A stretch of DNA of 64,000 nucleotides, taken from positions 416,001-480,000 of the forward strand of contig JAVZCZ010000001.1 in NCBI GenBank assembly GCA_038874135.1, given 5' to 3'. This stretch comes from Candidatus Woesearchaeota archaeon (GTDB lineage: Archaea > Nanobdellota > Nanobdellia > Woesearchaeales > 0-14-0-80-44-23). Below are positions 28,268-38,900 of this stretch, piece after piece (position 1 is the first letter of the stretch; each line of letters opens with the position of its first letter). The notes under the pieces were generated by a model. The model saw only the letters and a list, made by a program, of their open reading frames with translations, made no database searches and was not told the DNA's origin. Made by a program: the position numbers and the translations under genes.

Positions 28268-29584
28268 TCACTTGTGCTGAACATGGGAGTGTTTCCTCTT
28301 CCTATAGATAAGGTAGATGACTGCAAAGGCTGCTGTTACGAGTATCCACAAGACTAATGAGTTATTCCGCTGATAGATGCCGAGAGCTCTCTGCTCCGAA
28401 GCAGTGTAAACTCTCAGTGAAACCGTTTTGTTCTCCGTATAAGTCCTTCCCAGTGAATCTGCATACCTTAACTTTACAGGAAGCTGCAAGGTGCCGTTAG
28501 CAGTCTTTGAAATATGAACTCTCAATTCAAGCGTGTCATAATCATCAGAAGATATCTCCCCAACATACTGCTTTGCCCCTGAAATTATGCTGAGGCCATC
28601 CACTTCTGAGGCTTCTGCTTCAATGAACCTTGCAGATCCAATTCCTGAGTTTACAATCCTTATGGTAACCGGACCCGTATATCCCTGGCTTATCGGATTT
28701 GCGGATTCTAATAGTAGGTCAATTCTGGGCATGGGATTTATTAATATTCCTATCATTTCATTGACGGAGTGCTCGACATTAGCATCGTCCTTGTAGGTTA
28801 TTGTTACTGGAATTTTGTAGAGTCCTGCAGCTGCGCTGGGAGAAACTATAAGTTTAAATGGGAAGGTCTGAATCCCGTTTGGTTCTATGCCGTAGGACTT
28901 CTGCTGTAAGCCCGATTCGGTAGGGGCGAGTGGTAAGGCTTCATTTATTAAAAGTGCTACTGTTATGTCACGCATCTGCGCCTCTGCAAGGTTTTTTAGT
29001 GTTATGTTCAGCTGGGCTTCCTGGCCCGGTTCAAAATATTGAGATGATGTTGAAATTTTGTTAAGAACAAGACCCTTGAAGTATCGTCGGACTTCTACTG
29101 AAAATTCTGGGAAGTCGACCCATTCTGAATTGTCAATTCTATACCTGAGTTTTATGGTGTTGCTTCCTGAAATTGCCCTTTCATCCACTCTGACCTTGTA
29201 TTCTATTATTGGGGTGAGGGAGCCAGTCTGCAGGCTCTCTAGAGTTCCAATGTTTTTTATGCCGTCTTCTCCGGTGTCCAGATAGAATGGATATTCCTGG
29301 ACGAGCTGAATTTGAACATTTTTAGCTATTTCTCTACCTAGGTTTTCAATCCTAAACCTTAAGGTTACATACTGTCCTGCATCCACTGGATATGGGTCCT
29401 GATTTATCAGGGTTGCCCTGAGATAGTAGCCGGGCATCAGCAATGCTTCAGAATTTCCCGCCAGTGTAACTAATACGAGAAAAACAACTGCCAGACTTGT
29501 TAAGTGCTTTGTTTTCTTTTTCTTCATGCTCATATTTTCACCTTCATATTTCACCTTTATCTTAATCTTTAACGATTCTTCCAT
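28268..29584 (-). CDS. COG1361 S-layer-domain (Ig/CARDB-like) protein; true start probably about 50 nt downstream
   Basis: Signal peptide, QDPYPV..G..V.L motif, three beta-sandwich repeats, C-terminal TM; typical partner of archaeal MacB-type ABC modules. Confidence 0.85.
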   Translation of the reverse strand: MEESLKIKIKVKYEGENMSMKKKKTKHLTSLAVVFLVLVTLAGNSEALLMPGYYLRATLINQDPYPVDAGQYVTLRFRIENLGREIAKNVQIQLVQEYPFYLDTGEDGIKNIGTLESLQTGSLTPIIEYKVRVDERAISGSNTIKLRYRIDNSEWVDFPEFSVEVRRYFKGLVLNKISTSSQYFEPGQEAQLNITLKNLAEAQMRDITVALLINEALPLAPTESGLQQKSYGIEPNGIQTFPFKLIVSPSAAAGLYKIPVTITYKDDANVEHSVNEMIGILINPMPRIDLLLESANPISQGYTGPVTIRIVNSGIGSARFIEAEASEVDGLSIISGAKQYVGEISSDDYDTLELRVHISKTANGTLQLPVKLRYADSLGRTYTENKTVSLRVYTASEQRALGIYQRNNSLVLWILVTAAFAVIYLIYRKRKHSHVQHK

Positions 29585-30272
29585 CTTTTAAGCGTATTAT
29601 CCTGTCAGCATATCTCTCTGCTAAGGCTTGATCGTGAGTCACGAAAACGATGGTTTTTCCGTCCTTCTCATTAAGCTCCCTTATCATTTCCATAATCTCG
29701 TGCCCAGCTTTTGAGTCCAGGTTGCCGGTTGGCTCGTCAGCGAGTATCATTTGAGGATCATTAGCTAAGGCTCTGGCTATTGCAACCCTCTGCTGCTCTC
29801 CGCCTGAAAGTTCAGTTGGCTTATGTTCAAGCCGATGTTCCAGGCCTACTCTTTTTAGCAGCTGGCGGGCTCTTTCCTCTTGGAAAGTTTTGGGCATGTC
29901 TTGGAACATCATTGGAAGCATTACATTCTCTTTTGCAGTAAAGGCGGATATGAGATTGAACTGTTGGAATACGAAGCCTATCTTTTTTCCTCTTATCCTT
30001 GCAAGAGAGGACTCTGAAAGGTGTGCGATGTTCATTCCATCTAAGAGTACTTCGCCCCTGCTTGGAATATCTAAACATCCAATCAGGTTCATTGTTGTGG
30101 ACTTGCCAGAACCGGAGGGACCCATTATTGAAACAAATTCGCCTTTATGTATCTTAAATGTTAACCCTTTAAGTACATCTAGCTTGTTCTTTCCTAAAAA
30201 GTACGACTTCCACACTTCTCTAAATTCTATGACTGGCTTTTCCATAAAATTCCTCCAATGCTTTAAGAGCAA
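29562..30272 (-). CDS. ABC transporter ATP-binding protein (LolD/MacB-like)
   Basis: GPSGSGKST, LSGGEQQR, ILADEPTGNLD, VTHD motifs. Confidence 0.95.
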   Translation of the reverse strand: MLLKHWRNFMEKPVIEFREVWKSYFLGKNKLDVLKGLTFKIHKGEFVSIMGPSGSGKSTTMNLIGCLDIPSRGEVLLDGMNIAHLSESSLARIRGKKIGFVFQQFNLISAFTAKENVMLPMMFQDMPKTFQEERARQLLKRVGLEHRLEHKPTELSGGEQQRVAIARALANDPQMILADEPTGNLDSKAGHEIMEMIRELNEKDGKTIVFVTHDQALAERYADRIIRLKDGRIVKD

Positions 30273-30344
30273 AAGGGAAGGGAAAGATAGGGGCTTTTAA
30301 ATTTTTTCAATAAAACTTTTAAAGATGCCTTAGATATTGTTTTT

Positions 30345-31679
30345 GTGAGGAGTGAGGTGGAGAAAATGAGTGAAGATCTTAAAAAATTATTCGGAACAAA
30401 CCTTCTAAAGTATGGACTTGCTCAGATGCTTAAAGGAGGAGTCATAATGGATGTAACAAGTGCTGAACAGGCGAAAATTGCTGAGGAGGCTGGAGCAGTT
30501 GCAGTTATGGCTCTGGAAAGGGTGCCTGCTGACATAAGGAAAGAGGGCGGCGTTGCGAGGATGGCGGCCGTGCAGAAGATTAGGGAGATACAAGAAGCTG
30601 TTTCAATTCCAGTCATGGCTAAAGTTAGAATTGGGCATTATTCTGAAGCAGATTTGGAAGAGTCCTTGGGCGTTGATTTTATAGACGAGTCCGAGGTTTT
30701 AACACCTGCTGACGACGAGCACCATATTAACAAGTGGAAGTATAAGGTTCCCTTCGTGTGCGGTGCGCGCAACCTTGGAGAAGCACTCAGGAGAATATCT
30801 GAAGGGGCTGCAATGATAAGGACTAAGGGTGAAGCGGGAACTGGAGATGTAAAGGAAGCCGTATCGCACATGAACACAATCAGAAGGGAAATTGCAGTTC
30901 TAGTCGGCTACAACGAGCTTGAAGTTTTAGTAAACAAATATTCGGAAAATGAGGAATATAAGAATCTAGCAGTCAACTCTCTTGAGAAGTATCCTCTTCT
31001 AAGAGAAATCAGTTACGATTCTGAAAGAATAGTTAAGACAATCGGACTTTTGAAACTTAACCGTTATTATCAGAAGAAAAACATACTTGGAATGGAAGAT
31101 GAGCTTGTAAGATTCTTTAGGAAGGAAAAAATGCCAGTTGAAACACTAGAGGTGCTACTTGATAGCATGAAGCTAGGAATTGAGGAGGGCATAATGGCAG
31201 CCATAACTGCAATGTACCTTGAAAATGTTCCTAATGCTTATGCAGAAGATAAGCAGATACATCAGACCAATAAGATAGAAATTGCAAAAAGGCAGCTGGA
31301 ATCTGAGATTGAAAATATTGCGCGGGATTACGGAGTAAAGTGTGAACTTTTAAAGAGGGTTGCCAACATCTGTTACGATCCTCAGGAGTTTAACACTCTT
31401 CCCGTGGTGAATTTTGCAGCTGGAGGAATTGCCACTCCAGCAGATGCAATGCTGATGAGAAAACTCGGCTGTGACGGCATATTCGTCGGTTCGGGAATCT
31501 TCAAATCGGAGAATCCTAAGAAGACAGCAGAAGCAATAGTGATAGCAGCAAGCCAGTGGGACAATCCGGATTATGTGAATGAAAAGCTTGAAGAACTGGG
31601 AAACCTTGGCGGGGAGATGCCTGGAATAAGCCACTTAGAACTTACAGAAGAAAAGAAGATGCAGCAGAGGGGCGAGTGA
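30345..31679 (+). CDS. pdxS: Pyridoxal 5'-phosphate synthase lyase subunit with a large internal insertion
   Basis: [56 protein letters not shown] motifs. Confidence 0.95.
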   Translation: MRSEVEKMSEDLKKLFGTNLLKYGLAQMLKGGVIMDVTSAEQAKIAEEAGAVAVMALERVPADIRKEGGVARMAAVQKIREIQEAVSIPVMAKVRIGHYSEADLEESLGVDFIDESEVLTPADDEHHINKWKYKVPFVCGARNLGEALRRISEGAAMIRTKGEAGTGDVKEAVSHMNTIRREIAVLVGYNELEVLVNKYSENEEYKNLAVNSLEKYPLLREISYDSERIVKTIGLLKLNRYYQKKNILGMEDELVRFFRKEKMPVETLEVLLDSMKLGIEEGIMAAITAMYLENVPNAYAEDKQIHQTNKIEIAKRQLESEIENIARDYGVKCELLKRVANICYDPQEFNTLPVVNFAAGGIATPADAMLMRKLGCDGIFVGSGIFKSENPKKTAEAIVIAASQWDNPDYVNEKLEELGNLGGEMPGISHLELTEEKKMQQRGE

Positions 31680-31683
31680 GTAA

Positions 31684-32379
31684 TTGAAAGAGGAAGAAAG
31701 CAAAGGAAAACGAATAGTTTGTGGAATTGACGAAGCAGGCAGAGGGCCAGTAATAGGTCCGATGGTGATTTGCGGTGCCTGCTTTGAAGAGGGAAGCAGC
31801 GATGGGCTTAGAAGTATTGGTATTAAAGATTCTAAACTTCTAAGCGTGAGTGCGAGAAATCGCTTATTTAAGGAAATTGTCAGAGCTTGCCACGGCAGGT
31901 ATTATGTAGTCATCGTAAGCCCGCGCGAAATTGATGAAGCCGTATTTAAGAAGCAGCTTAACTTATTGGAAATTCAGAAGAGTGCAGAAATAATAAATTT
32001 TCTTAGGCCTGATGTAGCAATCTTGGACTGTCCTGACACTAATGAAGTCAGATATGCTGAGAATGTAAAGTCACTTGTGTGGAATAAGGAGATTAAGATT
32101 GTGGCGGAACACAAGGCTGACTCAAAGTATCCTGAGGTTGGAGCTGCTTCAATACTTGCAAAGGTAATACGGGATAGGGAGATAGATAAGATAAAGAAAA
32201 AATTAGGAGTTGATTTCGGCTCAGGATACCCTGCAGATCCGGTGACTTCAGATTTTATAAAGAAGAACTGGAATAACGATAAGCTTGAAGGAATAATAAG
32301 AAAGAGTTGGGCTCCTGTTGTTGAAATTTCAAGGAAGAGTAGAGAAGAAAAAAGGCAGAAGAAGATTTTTGATTTTTGA
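31684..32379 (+). CDS. rnhB: Ribonuclease HII
   Basis: GIDEAGRGPVIGP, KDSKLL, HKAD, AASILAKV, GSGYPAD motifs. Confidence 0.95.
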   Translation: MKEEESKGKRIVCGIDEAGRGPVIGPMVICGACFEEGSSDGLRSIGIKDSKLLSVSARNRLFKEIVRACHGRYYVVIVSPREIDEAVFKKQLNLLEIQKSAEIINFLRPDVAILDCPDTNEVRYAENVKSLVWNKEIKIVAEHKADSKYPEVGAASILAKVIRDREIDKIKKKLGVDFGSGYPADPVTSDFIKKNWNNDKLEGIIRKSWAPVVEISRKSREEKRQKKIFDF

Positions 32380-32395
32380 ATCTCTTTTAAACCTT

Positions 32396-33346
32396 TCACG
32401 GAAGAGTTCTGTAGCGGGTGTTAAGCAGAGTCCATTCTAAGAATATTAGAATTATACCGAGAGGTAGAAATACTTCCGAAAGGTTGAAAGCTGTATTTCT
32501 AACCCTTGCTGAGATTATCTGCTGGTAAGCGCTTTTGAGCTCTTCGGGAGTGCTCGCTTTAAAATAGGAGCCCCCTGTTTTTTCAGCTATCGTCTTAAGG
32601 GAGTCCTCATCTAGTTTTGAAACCAGCTCAGTTTTTATGAATGAACCTCCCTGCTCTGTGCCTATGCCTATTGTGTAAATTGCAATGTTGTAAGCATTTG
32701 CGTGCTCTATTGCTTCATCAATTCCAGCCCCCACATTGTTCTGCCCGTCAGTTATTAGGATTATAGTCTTTGCAAATTGCTCTTGGCTGAGCATGTTTGA
32801 AGCTGTTATTATTGCTTCTCCAATTGCTGTCCCGCCAACATTTTCCACTTCAATAGTTTTTATTGAACTCTTTACACTTAAAAGGTCATCAGTGATTGGC
32901 TGTTTTACAAATGCTGCCCCTGCAAAATCTATAACTCCAACTCTACCTTGAGAGAGGCTGTTCACAAATGAGAAGGCAGATTCTTTTGCAGCAGAAAGCC
33001 TGTTTGGAATTACATCATTTGCCAGCATGCTGGAAGAGGCATCTATTGCAATGACGAAGCTCTGAGATGTAACAAGTGCTCTGTATCTCAGCTGAGCTCC
33101 TGCTGAGGCAAGTATCAGAAGCGTAAGCGAGAAAACTCTTATTAAAAGCAGCAAAATATTGCTGGAGACAAAATGAACATTGGCAATATTGCCCTGAGGT
33201 CCAACTATTCTTCTTATAACTTCAAAGTTTGCAAATCTGATTGCCCTTCTTTTTAGGAAGCCGAATACGAAGAAGTGCGTTATTACAACTACTGGAATTG
33301 AAAGGAGTAACCAGAGGTTTTGAGGATTTGAAAATACTATCTCCAT
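32396..33346 (-). CDS. BatA-like membrane-anchored vWA protein
   Basis: N-terminal F.NP..LWLL (BatA-like), DASSSM MIDAS, GGTAIG, LITDGQNN. Confidence 0.9.
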   Translation of the reverse strand: MEIVFSNPQNLWLLLSIPVVVITHFFVFGFLKRRAIRFANFEVIRRIVGPQGNIANVHFVSSNILLLLIRVFSLTLLILASAGAQLRYRALVTSQSFVIAIDASSSMLANDVIPNRLSAAKESAFSFVNSLSQGRVGVIDFAGAAFVKQPITDDLLSVKSSIKTIEVENVGGTAIGEAIITASNMLSQEQFAKTIILITDGQNNVGAGIDEAIEHANAYNIAIYTIGIGTEQGGSFIKTELVSKLDEDSLKTIAEKTGGSYFKASTPEELKSAYQQIISARVRNTAFNLSEVFLPLGIILIFLEWTLLNTRYRTLP

Positions 33347-34224
33347 TTTTTCCTCTTTATGAAAAACTCGTTAACGCGGTGTACGAAATGCTGGCTTGTC
33401 AGGAGTTGAAGTAGGCTTCCTCCTGATTCTGTAAAAACCTTGTCCAGTTCAAACAGGAATTCCTTATTAAGCTTTTCATACTTACCCCTAATCTTTTCAG
33501 AGTCAAACATCAGCTGATCATTTGAAAATGGATCTGAGATCACTATCTTACCTATTCCCTCAGGAATGCTGTTGTCCATAGGGTCCCTCACGCATATACC
33601 TATCATCTCAAACTTCTTGCATGCAACTCTAATCAGATCCTGCCAGCCAGGCTTGAGCCCTATGAAGTCTGAAATGAGTATGATTACTGTCCCCTTTTTA
33701 AATTTCTTGTTAAGGTAATCCATAAGCTCCTTAAAGTTAAATTTTCCTTCATACAATTTAGGATTGCTGAGTTGTCTTAACAGATTGTAATACTGCTTTA
33801 TGCCTGAGTTAGCTTTTAGCTCTGCAGCAGGATGGTCAGAATACATGAGAAGACCTACGGAGTCGCCTGCCCTGAGTATTCCGAAAGCAATTGCCGAAGC
33901 AAGTTCAGCAGCGTATTCCGCTTTGGATTGAGACGGAGTTGAGGTGTAGCACATGCTAGAACTCACATCCAGAACAATTACTACTTCCAGGTTTCTCTCC
34001 TCTTTGAACTCTCTAACCAGGAGCTTCTGAGCCCTCACGCTGGCCTTCCAATCTATCCTTGAAGCGTCATCAAAAGGGCTGTACTCTCTGAATGAGTCAA
34101 AATCCATTCCCTTCCCCTTAACAGAGGAGAGATAGCCGCCTGAGAAGTATCCTGAGATTTCCTTCTTAGTAAAAATTTCAAGCTGTTTTAATATTGGCTT
34201 GAAATTAAGTTTTAGCTCATACAT
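33337..34224 (-). CDS. DUF58-family protein
   Basis: GKGMDFDSFREY..DDASRIDWKAS, DVSSSM, ILISDF. Confidence 0.9.
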   Translation of the reverse strand: MYELKLNFKPILKQLEIFTKKEISGYFSGGYLSSVKGKGMDFDSFREYSPFDDASRIDWKASVRAQKLLVREFKEERNLEVVIVLDVSSSMCYTSTPSQSKAEYAAELASAIAFGILRAGDSVGLLMYSDHPAAELKANSGIKQYYNLLRQLSNPKLYEGKFNFKELMDYLNKKFKKGTVIILISDFIGLKPGWQDLIRVACKKFEMIGICVRDPMDNSIPEGIGKIVISDPFSNDQLMFDSEKIRGKYEKLNKEFLFELDKVFTESGGSLLQLLTSQHFVHRVNEFFIKRKKWR

Positions 34225-34233
34225 GTTTTGCCC

Positions 34234-35214
34234 CTAAGGCAGTTCTACCTTTTCAAGAACTTGAGAGATTATATTGTCAGAAGTTACACCTTCAGCCTGG
34301 CCTTCATAGTTTACTATGATTCTATGCCTCAGCACATCAGGAACTACCCTTTTCACATATTCGGGAATAACAAAGTTCTTTCCTGAAAGGAGCGCTTCCG
34401 CCTTGGAAGCCATAAATATGCTTATAGAAGCTCTGGGAGAAGCCCCCCAAGCGATATACTTGCCCAAAGGTATTCCGTATCTTGAAGGATTCCTCGTAGC
34501 GTCAACTATCCTTATGATGTATTTCTCAATCTTGTTATCCACATAAATCTTGTGAATGCTCTGCTGTATCCTCAGAATTTGTTGAGGAGAAGAAACTGCT
34601 TTTATTTTGAAATCCTCAAATGGCTTTACGCTGATGTTCTGATGAAGTATCTTTTCTTCTTCTTCAAGTGATGGATATGTGATGTTAAGCTTGAAAAGGA
34701 ATCTGTCCATCTGAGCTTCTGGCAGGGGATATGTACCTAAGCTTTCCAGAGGGTTCTGAGTTGCCATAACAAAGAAAGGCCTTTTCATAGGAAATGTCTG
34801 ATTTCCTATTGTAGCCTGCCTCTCCTGCATGCACTCCAGCAGTGCAGACTGCACCTTGGGGGGAGCCCTGTTTATCTCGTCAGCCAGAACCAGATTGCTA
34901 AATATGGGGCCCTTAATTACATAGAATCCCTTGTTCTTGTCATATGCTGTCACTCCTATTATGTCTGTTGGGAGAAGGTCTGGAGTGAACTGTATCCTTG
35001 AAAAGTCGCAGCCTATTGTTTTTGCCAGGGTCTTTATCATAAGGGTTTTAGCAAGTCCGGGAACACCCTCTATCAGCACATGTCCATTTAGCAGAAGTGC
35101 CCTGAGAAAACCGCTTATTACCTCATCCTGGCCTACAATAACTTTTGAGATTTCCCGATGTATTCTATCTACTACTTCTCTGCTCTTTTCAATCTCAGCT
35201 GAGAGGTTTGCCAT
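34234..35214 (-). CDS. moxR: MoxR-family AAA+ ATPase
   Basis: EGVPGLAKT, RIQFTPDLLPTDI, LADEINRAPPKVQSALL, ATQNP, EAQMDRF motifs. Confidence 0.95.
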   Translation of the reverse strand: MANLSAEIEKSREVVDRIHREISKVIVGQDEVISGFLRALLLNGHVLIEGVPGLAKTLMIKTLAKTIGCDFSRIQFTPDLLPTDIIGVTAYDKNKGFYVIKGPIFSNLVLADEINRAPPKVQSALLECMQERQATIGNQTFPMKRPFFVMATQNPLESLGTYPLPEAQMDRFLFKLNITYPSLEEEEKILHQNISVKPFEDFKIKAVSSPQQILRIQQSIHKIYVDNKIEKYIIRIVDATRNPSRYGIPLGKYIAWGASPRASISIFMASKAEALLSGKNFVIPEYVKRVVPDVLRHRIIVNYEGQAEGVTSDNIISQVLEKVELP

Positions 35215-35294
35215 CTCGGCAGAAACTCTTTTTTCAGTATAAATTTTTATTGTTTCACTTTTAAAGAGTAAAAAATTCTGGGCAAGATTTAAAT

Positions 35295-35972
35295 ATGAAA
35301 AAAATAGAAGAAGAGAACATGTCTTATGACCCTTCCGGCAGGAATGATGAACAGCGAATTCTGACCGTGAAAAATGCCAGTAGAAAGATGAATGTGTTTT
35401 TGAAAAACTTCTCCCGCCACTCTGAAGAGGATAACGCTATACACCTGAGCCACATTGTAAAAAAGTTCGTCTCTTCTTTAATGAAAATTGACTACAACCT
35501 GTCTTATGAAGAGATGAAGGGTAAGATTAAAGAAAGTAAAGAGAACCCACACCTTAAGGAGCAGCTCACAAATATTCTTGACAGGCTGGACGCGCTGGAA
35601 TTTGAAGGAGTAAAAATAACTAAGCAGGATGTTTTAGAGTGTGCAAATCAGTTTATTAACACAATCAAATTCGTAGAAGTGAATACTAACAAAAACAGAA
35701 GTTCAACCCTGACTGTGCTAATAAGAAAGATTAGAAAGTGGTTTGGCTTAGAGAAGCTTGCGAAGGAGCGCGAGGAGGATGCTATTCAAGAACTATATGA
35801 GCTCCTTGTAGAAGGACATAAATTAATATCTTCTGGAAAGAAGGGAGAGGCTTCACTTCAGTATTTGAAGATTAAAAAGATATATTCACACCTTTCAGCG
35901 GAATCAAAGAAGAGAGTTTATCCCGATGTGATATACTACTATAAGAAAATTGTTGGAACTGCTACAGATTAG
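35295..35972 (+). CDS. Hypothetical helical protein resembling the cytoplasmic segment of the adjacent giant protein
   Basis: LSHIVKKFV..LSYEEM..LEFEG and YLKIKKIYSHL..KKRVY motifs align by eye with about aa 700-875 of 35975..42742. Confidence 0.7.
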   Translation: MKKIEEENMSYDPSGRNDEQRILTVKNASRKMNVFLKNFSRHSEEDNAIHLSHIVKKFVSSLMKIDYNLSYEEMKGKIKESKENPHLKEQLTNILDRLDALEFEGVKITKQDVLECANQFINTIKFVEVNTNKNRSSTLTVLIRKIRKWFGLEKLAKEREEDAIQELYELLVEGHKLISSGKKGEASLQYLKIKKIYSHLSAESKKRVYPDVIYYYKKIVGTATD

Positions 35973-35974
35973 AA

Positions 35975-38900
35975 CTACTTAAATTTACGCCTAGTGTATA
36001 GCACCACGCTTAAGGTTAAGATGAAAATTACAGCCAGTGAAGAGGCAACTATTATAAAATTCCTCGTTATTTTTAGTGAGAATGTTGAAGGCTTTTGATA
36101 GATTCTTTCTTTCTGAGAGATTAGATACTGACAGTTTTCCACAACTGAGCTTAGAACTCGTGCTGCCTTTTCATAATTGCCCATTTCAACATCTGCCTCT
36201 GCCTGCTTTATGAACTCGTTCAGCTCAAGACAGATGCTGTTTTGGCTGAGCAGGTCCCTAGTGTAGGCAATTCTCATATCTAATGCTTTCCGGTCCAGAG
36301 TGCCTTTTTCCAGAGAATTTATGAAAATCTTATTGGTTTCGTTAAAGCGCGGATCCTCAACCATTGCTCTAACCAAAACTTCATAACTGCCAAACATCTG
36401 GTATGAGGTTATTATAACTGTTGCTCCTGCTTCTTCTCCCGGGTTTAATCTTTCTATCAGCTCAGGAGATATTGAGATCGTAACATTCTTGTTTTCAGAT
36501 GTGACATCCAAAGATATTTTGTTTAGTGTTATATTTCCGGAGTTGACAATCTTTATCGGTATTGAGATTGTTTCATTTTTGTAGATTGTTATTGGCTGAG
36601 GAACTATTATGTTCATAGAGTATGGAACCTCTTTTGGAATCTGCTGGAAGACTACCGTGGTGCTTCCCCCTCCCGAATTCTGAGGAACTGGGACTGGGCT
36701 TGAAATCTTTTTTATAGTAACATTTACTGCATTGCTCTCTACATTTGCACCTTCAGGATCTGAAGCTGAGAATTTTATCACTGCATTACCCTCTGCCAGT
36801 GGGATCAACTGGACTCTGCCATTTAAGGACATGGTGAGATTCAAGAAGCCAACTCCTGAAAGCATTGTATAATTGTAGGTGAGGTTCTCTAAATCGTCAT
36901 CCTTAAAGAAATTTCCAAGATATACCCACCACAGGTTTATATTGTCTGGAATAGTCACATTACTTATCGTGTAGTTTATTCTAACTGCTTCTATCACTGG
37001 AGTTTGTTCAGACCGAGAGGTTAAGAGCACAAGCTGGTATTGTACATACCTATTTGAGGTTAGGTTTGCACATTCCGGATTGCACTCAGTCCAAGCACCC
37101 CAATTTGTATTGTCTGAAGAGGTTCGCAAATACAGCTGAACTGAAGTTTCACTGGGAACATACCCCAAGTATTCTGCACTATTGATTGTAAAGTGAGGAT
37201 AATTAGAATTGTCCTCCTGCAAGTCCAGAACTCTGGAAATCAGAGCGCCCTTCAGGTAATGCTGAGAAGAATTTTCAAGTGCCAGCTCAACAGAATGTGT
37301 AAAGCTTAGGTTCTGATAGTATGAGTTATTTTCAAAGTTTGTATCATAAAATATACCAAAGTACGGGGGCCTATTCACATTCAAAACTGTAATGTTCCAA
37401 GTGATAGATGTCTCATTCTCTCCATCAGATGCAATAAATTGTAACAGATGAACGCCTGAACCGAAATATCCTGGAGCGTATGTGAAGTTTTCTGCCGTAG
37501 AATTTGGAACGCCGTCTAAGATCCAAGAATAGGTTATGTTGTCAAAATCAGGATCCACAGTATGCTGGGTGAATGTTACAGATTCGTTTTCATACATCAA
37601 AACAGTAAGGTTTATGGGAGCGTACTCCATTATTTCCGGGGGGTTATTCTTGTGCTTAACTGTTATCTTAAACATTTTAGAATCGTTGCGAGAATAATTT
37701 AGAACTTCCCTTACAGTTATGTTTATCATATGCGTACCTATGTCAGTTGAATTCGGAGTGAAATTTATCAGACCTGAAGAGAGCATTCTAAAGTTCGGGA
37801 AAGAATCCAAGAGCGTGTAAATGAATTCTAAAGGATCATTTTCCAAATCGGTGGCGTTTATCTGAATAATGAATGTTGTGTTTTCGTAAGCTATGAGCTC
37901 ATCTGAAGGTATAAGAGTTGGGGGGTTGTTTATCGGCAATACTCTGAACAGTAATTGTTTTGTGCTCTGATTTTCTTCATCGGAAACTGTTATGTTTATT
38001 GTGTGGTTTCCAATGTCGCTCTTGTTCAGAGTAAAATACATGAGTCCAGATTGGCTTAGGTAAAAATTCGGGAAGTCATCTAAGAGAACATATGAGAAGT
38101 TCAACGGGTCATTATCAAGATCCAGGACATATTGGGAAAAGTTCATGTAGAAATTATCGCCTTCTGTTGCATTTATCTCGCTTATTAATATTTGTGGAAT
38201 GAAGTTATAATCTATTGTGATGTTCAGCTGCTTAGAATCGTGCTCGCCGTACGCGTCACTAACATTAATTGTAAATGAATAATTTCCAATTTGAGCTTCA
38301 GAAGGAGTGAAGTTTATCATAACTGCAGTTTCATTATAATATTGTAGGGAGAAAAGAGAAGAATCATTTAGCTGGAAGGTGAGGGTGTCTCCACACATGA
38401 TATCTGGATCAAATGCTCTTATTATAAGCGCGAATGGCTTGTTTATCTTTGCTCTCTTAGTTCCAAGCTCTTCAAGCTCCGGCTTCTGGTTTATGTTAAT
38501 GACTTCAAAGTTAAAGCTATAGTTGGAGTAAGCTCCCCAAACATCAGTAGCGATTATTGTAACCGTGTGGTTTCCAACATCGCCCTGATTAAGAGTGAAG
38601 TTCATAAGTCCCGTACTGCTGATATATAGGCTTGGGAAGTAGTTGTTAGAAGTTGCTGAAAAAGTTATATTATCATTATCAGGGTCAGTTGCTAATACTT
38701 GCATAGTAAAAGTGCTGGTCTCATTTACGGATTGATTTGAGATTGGCTCAATTATTGGAGCGTGATTATTTGAAATATTAAAGAGTACATCCTCAGCGTC
38801 TGAGAAGGAATCTGAATCTGTAACTATTATTTTTATAACATATTCACCTATCTGCTCGTTTGTCGGAGTAAAGTTGATAACTGCAATGCCGATTGGGCTT

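Noticed and set aside
30903-31298. Intein as the explanation for the PdxS insertion
   Set aside because: No N-terminal C/S block A, no TxxH and no terminal HN-C/S/T.
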